DNA of 59,458 nt, filler included. It is 6 parts of 6 records of this genome, joined end to end, with 100 filler letters (N's around TTAATTAATTAA, not from the genome) between each part and the next. Parts side by side here need not be neighbours in the genome. Positions count along the whole stretch, not along the records: positions 1 to 25,641 come from SRR31156797_51724; 5 more parts are not named here. One strand, 5' to 3'. The notes under the pieces are model-generated. The model saw nothing but the letters and a program-made list of their open reading frames with translations. It did no database searches and was not told the DNA's origin. The position numbers were made by a program, and so were the translations under genes. Below, one piece after another: positions 1-10,936 of the stretch (positions within the stretch are counted from its first letter, which is position 1; every line of letters starts with the position of its first letter).

Positions 1-66
1 TAATTCAATAATGTCTTATTTCTTGTGCAAAGATTCAGGAGATACAGGTTTAAAAACCTTGCATCA

Positions 67-171
67 GATATTTCGGTGCGCTGCACCTGAAAATTGAGCC
101 ACAGCGTGGCGTTAATCTTTGTAGGAAAATCAGATAGGATTGAACCGAGAGGTGCAGCGCACCGAAATATC
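67..171. repeat. REP/REPIN-like inverted repeat element
   Basis: Perfect 22-bp inverted arms GATATTTCGGTGCGCTGCACCT (67-88) and AGGTGCAGCGCACCGAAATATC (150-171), with an internal GCCACAGCGTGGC hairpin; intergenic, downstream of the GH5 gene. Confidence 0.7.
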
Positions 172-230
172 CACAATATGAGTTTATCAGCAAGCCCTCT
201 TAGTGATGCTGACAAACACCAAATTATCAT

Positions 231-1322
231 TTAATTCACCGGTGGAACCATAACATCAACTATGTCCCGGATTGGCTCCAAAGTTTCGGCATCCACAACC
301 GGGAAATCGTTCTTGTAGTTCCAGTGTGCCCAGGCAATGTCATTTTCCTCAAAAACAGCAATCCAGTCCCGGTAAACCTTTTGGCGCAATTCCATTGGTG
401 TGGATGGATAGCAGCCAAACTCACCACAGTAAAGCGGCATGTTTCTTTCACTGGCATAATCAATGGCCACCTGAATTTTTTCCCGCATAACTATTTTATC
501 ATAATACTGATTGTGTTCTTCAAGCATCGTTACCACGGCATCATTGTACTGATCGTAATTTGTGCTGTCGGTGGTCAGGCCCGGATAGAACACTTCCCCG
601 TCAAAAGCCTTCATGGGATTCCACCAAACTTTGTAATGTGTAATCAGGAAAGGCTCGTAGAAATGGAAACTCAGGATGATGTTGGTATCGCTTTCAGGGA
701 TTTTTAATTCAGGAAAAGTATAAACCTGCTGCCACCTGTTTGATCCTACCACAATAGTCCTTTCGGGTTCATTTTCCCTGACGGTCTCGATGCCTTTAGC
801 GATCAATTTGTTCCAGTCATCTGAATCATCAGCCACAGCTTCGTTCATCAACTCATAGGCCAGCATATGATTGGGATATTGAGACAATTCATCCGAGAGC
901 TGATCCCAGAAATTCCAGAATTGTTTCTGCGCCTCAGGATCTTCCCAGAGGCGGTCATTGTCGTAGTTAAAATGATGTGAACGCAGCACATGTAAATCCA
1001 CGATCACACGTAAGTCATTGTTGAAAGCCCAGTTGATGGCATTGTGCAACAGTTCAAACGCCTCAGGATGTTTGTTACCCTGTTCATCCCACATTTGTTC
1101 TTCATCGATGGGAATGCGCACATGATCGAAACCCATTTCGGCAATTTTTGCAAAATCATGGGCCTGCATGTATTGCACCCTTTCCTCGCCCCTCACTTCT
1201 GATTGCGACAACCAGTGGCTTGTATTTAACCCGCGGTGGATTTCAAATTTTTCTTTTTCTTCCATGCTGCAACATGATGACGCCATCACTGCAAGTAATA
1301 AAAAATAAACCAACTTTTTCAT
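231..1322 (-). CDS. GH5 family glycoside hydrolase (endo-beta-glucanase/cellodextrinase-like), probable lipoprotein
   Basis: FDHVRIP, YELMNEA (acid/base Glu), FHFYEP, LYCGEFG (nucleophile Glu); signal peptide ending in ASSC. Confidence 0.9.
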   Translation of the reverse strand: MKKLVYFLLLAVMASSCCSMEEKEKFEIHRGLNTSHWLSQSEVRGEERVQYMQAHDFAKIAEMGFDHVRIPIDEEQMWDEQGNKHPEAFELLHNAINWAFNNDLRVIVDLHVLRSHHFNYDNDRLWEDPEAQKQFWNFWDQLSDELSQYPNHMLAYELMNEAVADDSDDWNKLIAKGIETVRENEPERTIVVGSNRWQQVYTFPELKIPESDTNIILSFHFYEPFLITHYKVWWNPMKAFDGEVFYPGLTTDSTNYDQYNDAVVTMLEEHNQYYDKIVMREKIQVAIDYASERNMPLYCGEFGCYPSTPMELRQKVYRDWIAVFEENDIAWAHWNYKNDFPVVDAETLEPIRDIVDVMVPPVN

Positions 1323-1332
1323 TATTCAATTT

Positions 1333-1719
1333 TTAAATCGTTATTTCTATCAGGTTTCCTTCGGGATCGCGGATCACACTTTCGTAATATCCATCACCGG
1401 TGGTCCGGGGTTCTCCTATCACTTCAAATCCCATTTTTTTAATTGCTTTGGTGAGTCTGTTTACCAGCTCTTTATTGCCTACTGAAATTGCTATGTGTGC
1501 CAGCCCAATGGTTTTGTTTCCATTGTTGCCAAAATCTGTATGCCCTTCCTGATGCATAAGTTCCAGCCGTGTGCTATTTTCAAAACTCAGGAAGCAGGAG
1601 GTGAACTTTTTAGCAGGGTTATGATAAATAGGTTCGGGATTTGCACCAAACCAGGCCATATAAAACGCCTTCATTTTTTCCAAATCCTGAACCCAAATCG
1701 CAATGTGAGCCATCCTCAT
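1333..1719 (-). CDS. VOC/glyoxalase family protein
   Basis: HIAIWV...LELM...HIAISV...DPEGNLIE metal-ligand pattern, 128 aa. Confidence 0.85.
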   Translation of the reverse strand: MRMAHIAIWVQDLEKMKAFYMAWFGANPEPIYHNPAKKFTSCFLSFENSTRLELMHQEGHTDFGNNGNKTIGLAHIAISVGNKELVNRLTKAIKKMGFEVIGEPRTTGDGYYESVIRDPEGNLIEITI

Positions 1720-4080
1720 TTATGGAGTAAATGTTAATCCATCACATTTTTTTACCAATTCCATAACATCATCCATCGTAGCCTCGCCGTTGGTTATATA
1801 AGGAAGCTTAATAACAGAATGATCAATCAGGAAATCATTGAACTCAGCCTCGTCCATTGATTTGCCTTCAGGAACAAAACCATCGATCCAGTTGGGAACA
1901 AGCGCTTTCAAGAATTCGCGTGTTTGAGAGTTATCCCAGTATGCCCTGAAAAAAGTATATTCATCAAATTCCAGTGGAACCTCCTGTGTTGATTTGAGCA
2001 CCACTGTTTCGTGTAAACGAATATCCCTTGAAGAGGCTCCTGCAGCGATCACAAATTCGCCGCTTTCGGCAATCCATTGTTCTCTTCGCCCGTCGAAATA
2101 GGAGAAATCCCGGCCTGACAAAGTGAAGGATACCTGTTTTGTTTCACCGGGTTCCATCTCAACTTTCGTAAACTTTTTCAATTCCCTTTCAGGGCGTTGT
2201 AAGGTGCATTTCCGGTCGGTAACATAAAGCTGAACCACCTCTTTTCCTTTGATATCTCCCGTGTTTTTAACTGACAATGAAACGGTAACCACGTCTCTAT
2301 CTGAAAATTCAGTTGCTGAAAGTTTCAGATCAGCATATTCAAATTGGGTATATGAAATTCCGTGCCCAAACGGGAACAGCGGTTCGATCTTTCTTTTATC
2401 GTAATGGCGATAACCCACCAGGATGCGCTCCCCATAAATCACTTCGCCCTGTTCACCCGGGAAGTTAAAAAATGCAGGTGTATCTTCCAGCTTTTCCGGG
2501 AATGTTTCTGCCAGTTTACCTGATGGGTTTACTTTACCAAAAAGCACATCCAGCGTCCCACCGGCCCCGGCCTGTCCGCCAAGCCAGGTTTCCAAAATTG
2601 CAGGAACCTCACTGGCCCACGGCATAGCCACGGCACTTCCGTTTGTTAAAACCACGGCTGTGTTTGGTTGTACCTCAGCAATTTCACTGATCAACTTATT
2701 GTGTGAAGGTGGCAGGTTGATATGTGTTCTGTCGATACCTTCAGATTCATAATGCAATGGGAGACCGGCAAATACCAAAGCGATATCTGCTTTTTCAGCA
2801 ATTTTTACAGCGTCGTCAACCATCGAAAAATCATCATCATCAGTCAGGTTGTAACCCCTGGTGTATTCAATTTTATAATCCCTGCCGTACTCCTTTTCGA
2901 TGAGAGTGAGGATGGCATCCAGTTGTGTTGGTTTTACTTCGGAACTGCCATTGCCCTGGTAGCGGGGGTTTTCAGCGAATTCGCCAATGACAGCAATTTT
3001 TTTGTATTTCTTTTTTGTGAGCGGAAGAACATCCAGATCGTTTTTAAGCAGGGTTGCAGCCTCCGCAGCTACCTGCCTTGCAAACCGGTGATGTGCATCG
3101 GTGTTCTGATCAACACCTTCTTTTTCCAATGCAGTTGCCTTAAAAACAATAGTAAGGATATCACGAACCAGATTATCCAAAACAGCCTCATCCAGGTCAC
3201 CATTTTCAACAGCTTCCACAATCAGCTTATCGTTATAGGTGCTCGCTCCCGGCATCTCGATGTGCATACCTGATTTTACACCCTCTACCCGATTTACAAC
3301 AGCAAACCAGTCGGAGATGACGATACCTTCAAAACCAAACTCATTTTTCAGGACGTCAGTTAATAAATATGGTGATTGCGTTCCATAGATTCCCTGCACA
3401 CGGTTGTAGCAGGCCATCACGGTCCAGGGTTGCGCTTTCTTTACTGCGATTTCAAATGGAGTAAGGTAAATTTCGTGCAGTGTTCGTGTATCCACATCGG
3501 AGTTCATCCACATGCGCATGGTTTCCACGTTGTTGGCCACATAGTGTTTGAGTGAGGTTCCCACACCCTGGCTTTGCACACCGTTGATAAATGCGGCACC
3601 CATTTCACCGGAAAGTACCGGGTCTTCGGAGAAGAATTCGAAATTCCTTCCTCCCAGCACTGAACGTTTGATGTTTACACCGGGGCCAAGCAGCACATTC
3701 ACATCAAGGGCCTGGCATTCCTGCCCAAGTGCCTGACCAACTTCATAGATCAGGTCGGTATCCCAGGTTGCTGCCAGAGCCGAAGCCGTTGGAAAACAGG
3801 TAGCAGGCAGTTGGTCGCCATAACCCGGCAAATTAGTTTTAGGTGCACGCCGCAATCCATGCGGGCCATCTGCAACCCAAATCCAGGGAATGTTGAGCCG
3901 ATCGACAGGTTTAGTGCTCCAATCATCGCGGCCGGAGCAAAGCGATGCTTTTTCTTCGAGCGTAAGCTGAGGAATCAGTTTTTCAACTTGCTGATTAATT
4001 TTTTCCATATCTGCATTTTGAGCATAAATAAAATGAAAAGCAAATAAGATCAAGGTCAGATTAGTAAATTTTCTCATCAT
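1720..4080 (-). CDS. GH3 beta-glucosidase (secreted/periplasmic)
   Basis: DGPHGLR, GRNFEFFSEDP, LKHY, VISDW nucleophile, ESEGIDR, PFGHGISYT, Fn3-like C-terminus; N-terminal signal peptide. Confidence 0.93.
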   Translation of the reverse strand: MMRKFTNLTLILFAFHFIYAQNADMEKINQQVEKLIPQLTLEEKASLCSGRDDWSTKPVDRLNIPWIWVADGPHGLRRAPKTNLPGYGDQLPATCFPTASALAATWDTDLIYEVGQALGQECQALDVNVLLGPGVNIKRSVLGGRNFEFFSEDPVLSGEMGAAFINGVQSQGVGTSLKHYVANNVETMRMWMNSDVDTRTLHEIYLTPFEIAVKKAQPWTVMACYNRVQGIYGTQSPYLLTDVLKNEFGFEGIVISDWFAVVNRVEGVKSGMHIEMPGASTYNDKLIVEAVENGDLDEAVLDNLVRDILTIVFKATALEKEGVDQNTDAHHRFARQVAAEAATLLKNDLDVLPLTKKKYKKIAVIGEFAENPRYQGNGSSEVKPTQLDAILTLIEKEYGRDYKIEYTRGYNLTDDDDFSMVDDAVKIAEKADIALVFAGLPLHYESEGIDRTHINLPPSHNKLISEIAEVQPNTAVVLTNGSAVAMPWASEVPAILETWLGGQAGAGGTLDVLFGKVNPSGKLAETFPEKLEDTPAFFNFPGEQGEVIYGERILVGYRHYDKRKIEPLFPFGHGISYTQFEYADLKLSATEFSDRDVVTVSLSVKNTGDIKGKEVVQLYVTDRKCTLQRPERELKKFTKVEMEPGETKQVSFTLSGRDFSYFDGRREQWIAESGEFVIAAGASSRDIRLHETVVLKSTQEVPLEFDEYTFFRAYWDNSQTREFLKALVPNWIDGFVPEGKSMDEAEFNDFLIDHSVIKLPYITNGEATMDDVMELVKKCDGLTFTP

Positions 4081-4081
4081 G

Positions 4082-6430
4082 TTATAATTTTAGTTTACTT
4101 GGATCATCATAAGTGATTGTTTTTGACATGCTGAATGTATGTTCAAAACCCTCTATTTTCAGGATAAAATCACCCTTTTCGGCAACAAGCCGGTTATTAT
4201 AATTGTAAAAAGCAAAATCCTTTGGAGACAGCACAAAATCTACCGTGGCCGAAGCACCAGGCCCAAGTTCAACCTTGCGAAAACGGCAAAGCCTCTTGTT
4301 ATCCGGAGCTATTGAAGCAACCAGGTCAGCATAGTACAACATCACAACTTCTTTTTCGGTTATCCGGCCGGTGTTTTTCACATCAACCGAAATCTTAATC
4401 TCTTCGCCTGGATTCAGGATATCCTTATCAACAGTAAAATTGCTATATTCAAAGTTGGTATAGCTTAGCCCGGCACCAAACTCATATTGCATGGCCGGGT
4501 GTGAACTGTAATCATAGGCTCCCTGTTTGTTTTCCTGATGTTCGCTGTGTTTATAATCGTAGGTAATCAGATCGTTGGGGTACATCGGATAAGTGTAAGG
4601 TAACCTGCCGGACGGGTTTGCATCGCCAAAGAGGATATCGGCCAGTGCATCGCCGCCATAGTTTGATGGCAGATAGGTCTGGATTACAGCGGCCATCTTT
4701 TCTTCGAATATACTGATAATCCTTGGGCGGCCTTCATTCAGCACCAGTATCACCGGTTTTCCTGTTTCAGCAAGTGCAAGGGCAAGTTGAGCCTGGTTAT
4801 CCGAAATGTATAGATCATTCAGGTCGCCGGGTTTTTCGCAATAACTGTTTTCGCCCAGAAACAGCAGGATGCAATCAATATTTCGCGCAGCCCTAATTGC
4901 TGCAGGGATATCAATATTTTCCTCTTCGTAATATCTCCCGTCCATTTTATAGGAAACACCATCAACATATTTCACATTGCGTTCACCAATTTTTTGTTGG
5001 ATGGCTTCAAGGAAAGTATTGTGTTCTCCGGCAAATTCATCGGCAATGTGCCCCTGCCAGGAATAGGACCAACCCCCGTTCATAGGCCGCATGGTGTTGG
5101 CATTCGGGCCTGCAACCAAAACTTTCACATCTTTTTGTAGTGGAAGTATGTCATCCGTATTCTTCAACAAAGTTATCGATTCCAGGGCAGCTTCAAATGC
5201 CAGGCGTTCAAATTCAGGACTTTTAAATTTGGGATAATCCTTAAGAAAAGTATTTGGCAGCTCAAACAAGCCCAGCTCAAATTTCAGTGTCAAAATTCGA
5301 TTCACAGCTTCATCAATTCTTTCCATCGGCACTTCGCCCTCGTTGACCAATTCGATCAGGTAATCGCAAAATTTGAGGTCATAGGGGACCATCACCATAT
5401 CGATCCCTGCGTTGATACCAATTTTTACAGCCTCTTTGGAAGAAGAAGCAATTTTGTCACGGGAATAAAAGTTTTCAACATCCTTCCAGTCGGTTACTAC
5501 CATGCCCTTAAAGCCCATTTCATTTCTCAGAACTTGGGTAACAAGTTCGTAGTTGGCATGTACCGGTACACCATTGATGATCCCTGAGCTCAACATAATT
5601 GTCCGGGCTCCGGCATCTATCGCAGCCTGAAAGGAGGCGGCATGTTTTTCTTTAAGTGTTCGCACCGAAATTTCCAATGGATTGCGGTCTTTTCCGGAAT
5701 TTGAATTATAAGCCAGAAAATGCTTCAAACAAGCTGCGCCGTGATTTTTATCGATGGCACCTGTTGTTGTTCCCTGCAGTCCGAGTGTGGCTGCGGCACC
5801 CATCTGTCCGGCCAGGTAAACATCTTCGCCAAAGGTTTCCCAAAATCGCGGATCGCGCGGATCACGTCCCATATCCTGAACCGGTGAAAACGTCCATGGG
5901 ATGTTGGATGCCCGCATTTCGTACGCGCTCAATCCATTTAGTTTCCTTACCAGTTCCGGATTGAAAGTTGCTGCCTGCCCGATTTGCTGCGGAAAAAGAG
6001 TGGCTTCAGTAGTATAATTTACGCCATGAATGGCATCAATCCCATAAATTAGCGGGATACCTGTTTCTTCAATCGCCATCTGCTGAAAGTAAGCAACCGT
6101 TTCATTCCACCATTTTGCCGGCCTGGCCCTGCTGTTGACCGTGTTAAGTATTGACCCAACCTTATATTTCCCCAATGCAAGCTGCAGTTTGGCCGTATCA
6201 ATTTCCACAGGTTCATTTTGCTTGCCATCAACTCCATCTTTAATAACCACACCCAGCGTAATCTGGCACATCTGACCTACTTTTTCTTCCAGGGTCATCC
6301 CGGAAAGAATGCTGTCGGCCTTTATCGAGAATGGATTTTCGCGTACAGAAGCCCTGTCATTCTGATTACATGATGTATAGCAGAAAGCTAGTAATGGTAT
6401 TAGTATTAATAAATAATTTTTGTTCTTCAT
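4082..6430 (-). CDS. GH3 beta-glucosidase (BglX-like), probable lipoprotein
   Basis: YGIDAIHG, ETFGED, CLKHF, VVTDW nucleophile, FGAGLSYT; Cys-containing signal peptide. Confidence 0.92.
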   Translation of the reverse strand: MKNKNYLLILIPLLAFCYTSCNQNDRASVRENPFSIKADSILSGMTLEEKVGQMCQITLGVVIKDGVDGKQNEPVEIDTAKLQLALGKYKVGSILNTVNSRARPAKWWNETVAYFQQMAIEETGIPLIYGIDAIHGVNYTTEATLFPQQIGQAATFNPELVRKLNGLSAYEMRASNIPWTFSPVQDMGRDPRDPRFWETFGEDVYLAGQMGAAATLGLQGTTTGAIDKNHGAACLKHFLAYNSNSGKDRNPLEISVRTLKEKHAASFQAAIDAGARTIMLSSGIINGVPVHANYELVTQVLRNEMGFKGMVVTDWKDVENFYSRDKIASSSKEAVKIGINAGIDMVMVPYDLKFCDYLIELVNEGEVPMERIDEAVNRILTLKFELGLFELPNTFLKDYPKFKSPEFERLAFEAALESITLLKNTDDILPLQKDVKVLVAGPNANTMRPMNGGWSYSWQGHIADEFAGEHNTFLEAIQQKIGERNVKYVDGVSYKMDGRYYEEENIDIPAAIRAARNIDCILLFLGENSYCEKPGDLNDLYISDNQAQLALALAETGKPVILVLNEGRPRIISIFEEKMAAVIQTYLPSNYGGDALADILFGDANPSGRLPYTYPMYPNDLITYDYKHSEHQENKQGAYDYSSHPAMQYEFGAGLSYTNFEYSNFTVDKDILNPGEEIKISVDVKNTGRITEKEVVMLYYADLVASIAPDNKRLCRFRKVELGPGASATVDFVLSPKDFAFYNYNNRLVAEKGDFILKIEGFEHTFSMSKTITYDDPSKLKL

Positions 6431-6526
6431 AATTGTTGATGATCTTTACTGAAAGTCCCTCACTATGTATTCAATTCAAAAATAATGGTTTCTCAAATCA
6501 ATCTGATTGTATCAACCTTATTTACA

Positions 6527-6598
6527 GAGACGCGATGTATCGCATCTCAACAGTTAGGTATACTAAACTCTGACAGGGTTTCGAACCCTGTCAGAGTT
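6527..6598. repeat. Two REP-like palindromes between the GH94 and GH3 genes
   Basis: GAGACGCGATGTATCGCATCTC (6527-6548, imperfect) and AACTCTGACAGGGTT-TCG-AACCCTGTCAGAGTT (6566-6598, perfect 15-bp arms). Confidence 0.65.
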
Positions 6599-6610
6599 CC
6601 AGATTGTAAA

Positions 6611-9040
6611 TTATTTCCCACAAAGCACATCCACCGAATAAATCGCGCCTGCAACGGGGCGAGGCAACAAATTACCTTCAATGGTTTCGCCATCGATAGT
6701 AATTCTCAACTTTTCAGCAGTTTTATTGTGGATATTAATATTATAGGTTGCTCCCCTGTATTTCCGCTTTACAGTAATAGATTCCATTCCTTCAGGTAGT
6801 TTAGGATCAATCCGCAACCCTTCATAATCAGGCCTGATGCCGAGAAGATATTGTGAAACTGCATAAAAATTCCAGGCTGCTGTTCCGGTGAGCCAGGAAT
6901 TTTTGGCCTCGCCGGGTTTTTGTGCATCCTTACCTGCAATCATTTGCGAATATACATAAGGTTCTGTTTTATGGATTTCGCTGATCTCTTCCAGGTAAGC
7001 AGGCGCAATTTTTTCATAGTACTCCCATGCCCTTTCATTATTGCCGAGCATAGCCTCCGAAATGATGATCCACGGATTGTTATGGCAGAAAATCCCTGCA
7101 TTTTCCTTGTATCCGGGAGGGTATGTTGTGATCTCACCCAAATTCAGATAGTACTTTGTAAACGGCGGATTGTTGAGGACGAGGCCATATTTGCATGCCA
7201 GATATTTATTTACCGATTCAAGGGCTTTGGCCGCTTTGCCATCATCATGTCCAACACCTGCCATCACGCAAAAACCCTGTGATTCGATAAATATTTTTCC
7301 TTCTGCATTTTCATTGCTGCCAATTTTATTTCCATAATAATCGTAGGCCCTCAGGAACCATTCTCCATCCCAGCCATGTTCATTAATGGCTTGTATCATT
7401 TTATTGATGTGCTCCTGTGCCCTGACTGCCTCTTTTCCCTTGTTGTTCCTTTTACATATTTCAGCGTATTCAGCACCATAAAGCACAAAGAGTCCGGCAA
7501 TCATCAGCGATTCGGCCCAGCCGCCGGTTTTGTTTCCGGTGATCTGGAATGATTCGTCTGGTTCTTCTGAAAAGCAGTTCAGGTTCAGGCAGTCGTTCCA
7601 GTCGGCGCGGCCAATCAAGGGTAAACCGTGAGGCCCCAAATTGTTGATTACATGGTCGAAGGAGCTGGTTAGATGCCCAAAAATGGAAGCTTTTTTCGTT
7701 TCATCATTGTTAAAAGGTGCCACATCATTCAGAATACGAAAGTCACCGGTCTCTTTGATGTAAGCAGAAACCGAGAGGATCAGCCAGAGGGGATCGTCGT
7801 TGAAATTGCCTCCAACTTCAGAATTGCCACGTTTGGTGAGTGGCTGGTATTGATGGTATGCGCTACCATCTTCCATTTGTGTGGAAGCCAGATCGATGAT
7901 GCGTTCTTTGGCTCTTTCGGGAATCATGTGCATTACACCAATCAAATCCTGGTTGGAATCGCGGAATCCCATGCCCCGGCCAATACCTGATTCAAAGTAG
8001 GACGCTGAACGTGAGAACAGATAGGTGATCATACACTGGTACTGATTCCAGGTATTCACCATCCGGTTGAGCTTATCATCTTTGCTGCTGATGTTAAAAT
8101 TTTGCAGCAGCCTGTCCCAGTATATTTTCAATTCGGCGAATGCCTCCTCAACTTTCTCCACGGTATCAAAAGTGGCCACCATTTTTTCAGCAACAGCTTT
8201 GTTGATTACATTTGGAGCGACAAATTTTTGATCCTTCGGATTTTCAGCATAACCCAGCATAAAAATCAGCTGCTTCTCCTCACCCGGTTCAAGCTCGATT
8301 TTAATCTGGTGCGATGCCACCGGTGACCAGCCGTGCGCAACTGAAGATCCAAAACTTCCAGAGGTAACACGCATGGGTGCATCCATCCCGTTGTAAACCC
8401 CCAGAAATTCCTCCCGGTCCGTGTCGAATCCCTGCGCCGGTGCATTGCTGCTATAAAAAGCAAAATGATTCCTGCGCTCACGGTATTCAGTTTTATGGTA
8501 AATCACACCATTTTCTATTTCAATCTCACCGGTAGAGAAATTCCGCTGGAAATTCGTCATATCGGTATGTGCATCCCACAAGCACCATTCAACAAAAGTG
8601 TAGAGTTTGATTTCCTTTTTTTCAACACCCTCATTCTTCAGGCTGAGTTTTTGGATTTCGGCATTAAAATTCAAAGGAATAAAACTCAGCAGGTCAGCGG
8701 ATAAATTATCCTTTTCCCCACTTATCCGGGTATAGCCCATGCCATGCCTGCAGGCATATTCATCCAGCGAAGTTTTGGCAGGTTTCCAGCCCGGCGACCA
8801 GACTGTGCCGCCATCGTTGATATAAAAATACTTTCCGCCATCATCCAGCGGCACATTGTTATACCGGTACCTGGTGAGCCTTCGATACCGGGCATCCTTG
8901 TAAAAACTGTAACCACCACCCGTGTTGGAAACCAGGCTGAAAAAATTGGTGTTTCCCAGGTAGTTTATCCAGGGATACGGTGTTTTGGGTTCGGTAATTA
9001 CGTATTCTCGGTTTTTATCGTCAAAATATCCAAATTTCAT
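6611..9040 (-). CDS. GH94 glycoside phosphorylase, cellobiose phosphorylase-like
   Basis: [26 protein letters not shown]-terminus, [19 protein letters not shown] (catalytic Asp), [22 protein letters not shown]; 809 aa; no signal peptide. Confidence 0.92.
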   Translation of the reverse strand: MKFGYFDDKNREYVITEPKTPYPWINYLGNTNFFSLVSNTGGGYSFYKDARYRRLTRYRYNNVPLDDGGKYFYINDGGTVWSPGWKPAKTSLDEYACRHGMGYTRISGEKDNLSADLLSFIPLNFNAEIQKLSLKNEGVEKKEIKLYTFVEWCLWDAHTDMTNFQRNFSTGEIEIENGVIYHKTEYRERRNHFAFYSSNAPAQGFDTDREEFLGVYNGMDAPMRVTSGSFGSSVAHGWSPVASHQIKIELEPGEEKQLIFMLGYAENPKDQKFVAPNVINKAVAEKMVATFDTVEKVEEAFAELKIYWDRLLQNFNISSKDDKLNRMVNTWNQYQCMITYLFSRSASYFESGIGRGMGFRDSNQDLIGVMHMIPERAKERIIDLASTQMEDGSAYHQYQPLTKRGNSEVGGNFNDDPLWLILSVSAYIKETGDFRILNDVAPFNNDETKKASIFGHLTSSFDHVINNLGPHGLPLIGRADWNDCLNLNCFSEEPDESFQITGNKTGGWAESLMIAGLFVLYGAEYAEICKRNNKGKEAVRAQEHINKMIQAINEHGWDGEWFLRAYDYYGNKIGSNENAEGKIFIESQGFCVMAGVGHDDGKAAKALESVNKYLACKYGLVLNNPPFTKYYLNLGEITTYPPGYKENAGIFCHNNPWIIISEAMLGNNERAWEYYEKIAPAYLEEISEIHKTEPYVYSQMIAGKDAQKPGEAKNSWLTGTAAWNFYAVSQYLLGIRPDYEGLRIDPKLPEGMESITVKRKYRGATYNINIHNKTAEKLRITIDGETIEGNLLPRPVAGAIYSVDVLCGK

Positions 9041-9058
9041 TTTGTTGGGTTTTTGGGT

Positions 9059-10891
9059 TTAATTTTCGGGTAATTTGTTCCACCAGGTAAACTTCAGGAT
9101 TACCGAGGTGAGGATAATTATTATGCCTGTAATGGCTACAGGCCACCATTGCCGGAGGACAATGAACACCGGGATTGCTACCAGGCCTGTTTGCCAGGCT
9201 ATGCCAATGAAAACATTCAGCATGTCCTTTTTAAAATCTTTGTTTTCTCTGAAATCAGGATTCGCGGCAAGCACTTTCTCGCGAACAGGTTTCCAGAAAC
9301 CCCAGGGGCGTACATTCCGATAAAAAGTTTCTAGTGCAATGGCATCAGTAGGAGGTTTGGCAAATGTACCCAGGATACAACCGGTAACAGAAATGGCCAG
9401 CAAGAGTGGGAAATAATAAAGCTCAAGTGTTTCGTGGAAAATCAATGGAAATACCAGGGCTGGTATAAGCCCGGCAACCATTCCCCAAAAATATCCATGC
9501 CCGTTAAACCGCCACCAGTACCATTTCAAGACATTTGAGGCAACATAACTTCCCCAAAGTGCAGATACGATCCACTGCAAGAGGCTGTTTACATCTTTAG
9601 CATAGATACCGATTACGATACTAACCGCAACTACCACAACTCCAACGATATAATTCATGCGTTTCACCCGGTTATTGGGGGCATCGGGTTTCACCTTAAG
9701 GTAAATGTCGTTTACGATGTAGGCTTGCGCTGCATTGAGTGTCCCCGCAAATGTCGACATAAAAGCAGCAAGCAATCCGGCAAGTAATAAACCGGTTAAA
9801 CCAACCGGCACAAACTCTTTGATGGCGGAAGGTAAGATTTGTTCAAAGTCAATCTGCCCTGCTACCAAAAGATTCAGTTCATCGTAGTACAACAAAGCCA
9901 GCACCACAAAACCGGTAATCATAAAATAGCGCACCGGATTGAGCACCGCTGAAACCATTCCACTCATTTTTGCCGCTTCTTTTGGTGATTTTGTGGAGAG
10001 TATCTTTTGCATGTCGTAGTTGGGAGCCGGCCCGGCAGCACTCACCAGGAAACCTTTAAAGAGCATCATCATCATAAAGATGCTAAAGAGAGAAAATCCA
10101 TCCTCAGCAATCTTTCGGTTAACTTCCGGAATAATTGCTGACCAATCCAAATCCAACTGCCAGCCAAACCATGGTGACAGCCATCCTTCGGGAACAAGTA
10201 GATCATTAACAGCCAGCGCATTCATGGCAATAATCCCAATGATGAGTGAAGCAACAGTCATGATCAGGTATTGCAACACGTCAGTCCACACAATACTCAT
10301 CATACCGCCGAGCACAGCATAAAATGTAGCGAAAAGTGTAAATACGAACCCGTAGAGATGCGGAATATACTCAGGAGCGATGATATCAACCGGCAACCCG
10401 GTAAGATTGCATACAAACTCCCAGGGGATGAAGATCAGCATGAATTTCCCCAGCCCGATAAATCCATAAGCAAGGAACCCTAGGCACGAGATCAGCGCAT
10501 ACACCACCACAATGTTGTGTGAGAGCGATGCGCCCTTTCCGGTTCCAAACCGCGTTTTGATCCATTCAGCGCCAGTAGTTACATTGGAGCGCCTTAGCCA
10601 AATGGATAAAAACACCATTAGGAAAATCTGGTTGAAGACCGGCCATAGCCAGGGAATCCATATGCTTTTCAGGCCATAAATAAATCCCAGTGTCACCAGC
10701 CACATGGTTCCGGAAATGTCAAACATTCCTGATGCATTTGAAAGCCCCAGCATGTACCATGGTAACTGGTTACCACCAAGCAGGTAGGATTTCTTGTTTT
10801 TCTGGGCACGTTTTCGCAGAAATGCACCAATAAAAATGGTGGCTGCTAGATATGTGCCAATAATAAGAAAATCGATAAAATGTAGCGTCAT
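9059..10891 (-). CDS. Sodium:solute symporter (SSS family), likely sugar/disaccharide uptake
   Basis: Many hydrophobic helices; SYLLGGNQLPW, WTDVLQY, LLAAFMST, WYWWRFNG. Confidence 0.88.
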   Translation of the reverse strand: MTLHFIDFLIIGTYLAATIFIGAFLRKRAQKNKKSYLLGGNQLPWYMLGLSNASGMFDISGTMWLVTLGFIYGLKSIWIPWLWPVFNQIFLMVFLSIWLRRSNVTTGAEWIKTRFGTGKGASLSHNIVVVYALISCLGFLAYGFIGLGKFMLIFIPWEFVCNLTGLPVDIIAPEYIPHLYGFVFTLFATFYAVLGGMMSIVWTDVLQYLIMTVASLIIGIIAMNALAVNDLLVPEGWLSPWFGWQLDLDWSAIIPEVNRKIAEDGFSLFSIFMMMMLFKGFLVSAAGPAPNYDMQKILSTKSPKEAAKMSGMVSAVLNPVRYFMITGFVVLALLYYDELNLLVAGQIDFEQILPSAIKEFVPVGLTGLLLAGLLAAFMSTFAGTLNAAQAYIVNDIYLKVKPDAPNNRVKRMNYIVGVVVVAVSIVIGIYAKDVNSLLQWIVSALWGSYVASNVLKWYWWRFNGHGYFWGMVAGLIPALVFPLIFHETLELYYFPLLLAISVTGCILGTFAKPPTDAIALETFYRNVRPWGFWKPVREKVLAANPDFRENKDFKKDMLNVFIGIAWQTGLVAIPVFIVLRQWWPVAITGIIIILTSVILKFTWWNKLPEN

Positions 10892-10936
10892 CTGATGAGT
10901 GTTATTTAATACATCTCATCCGGAAAATTAGTTATA

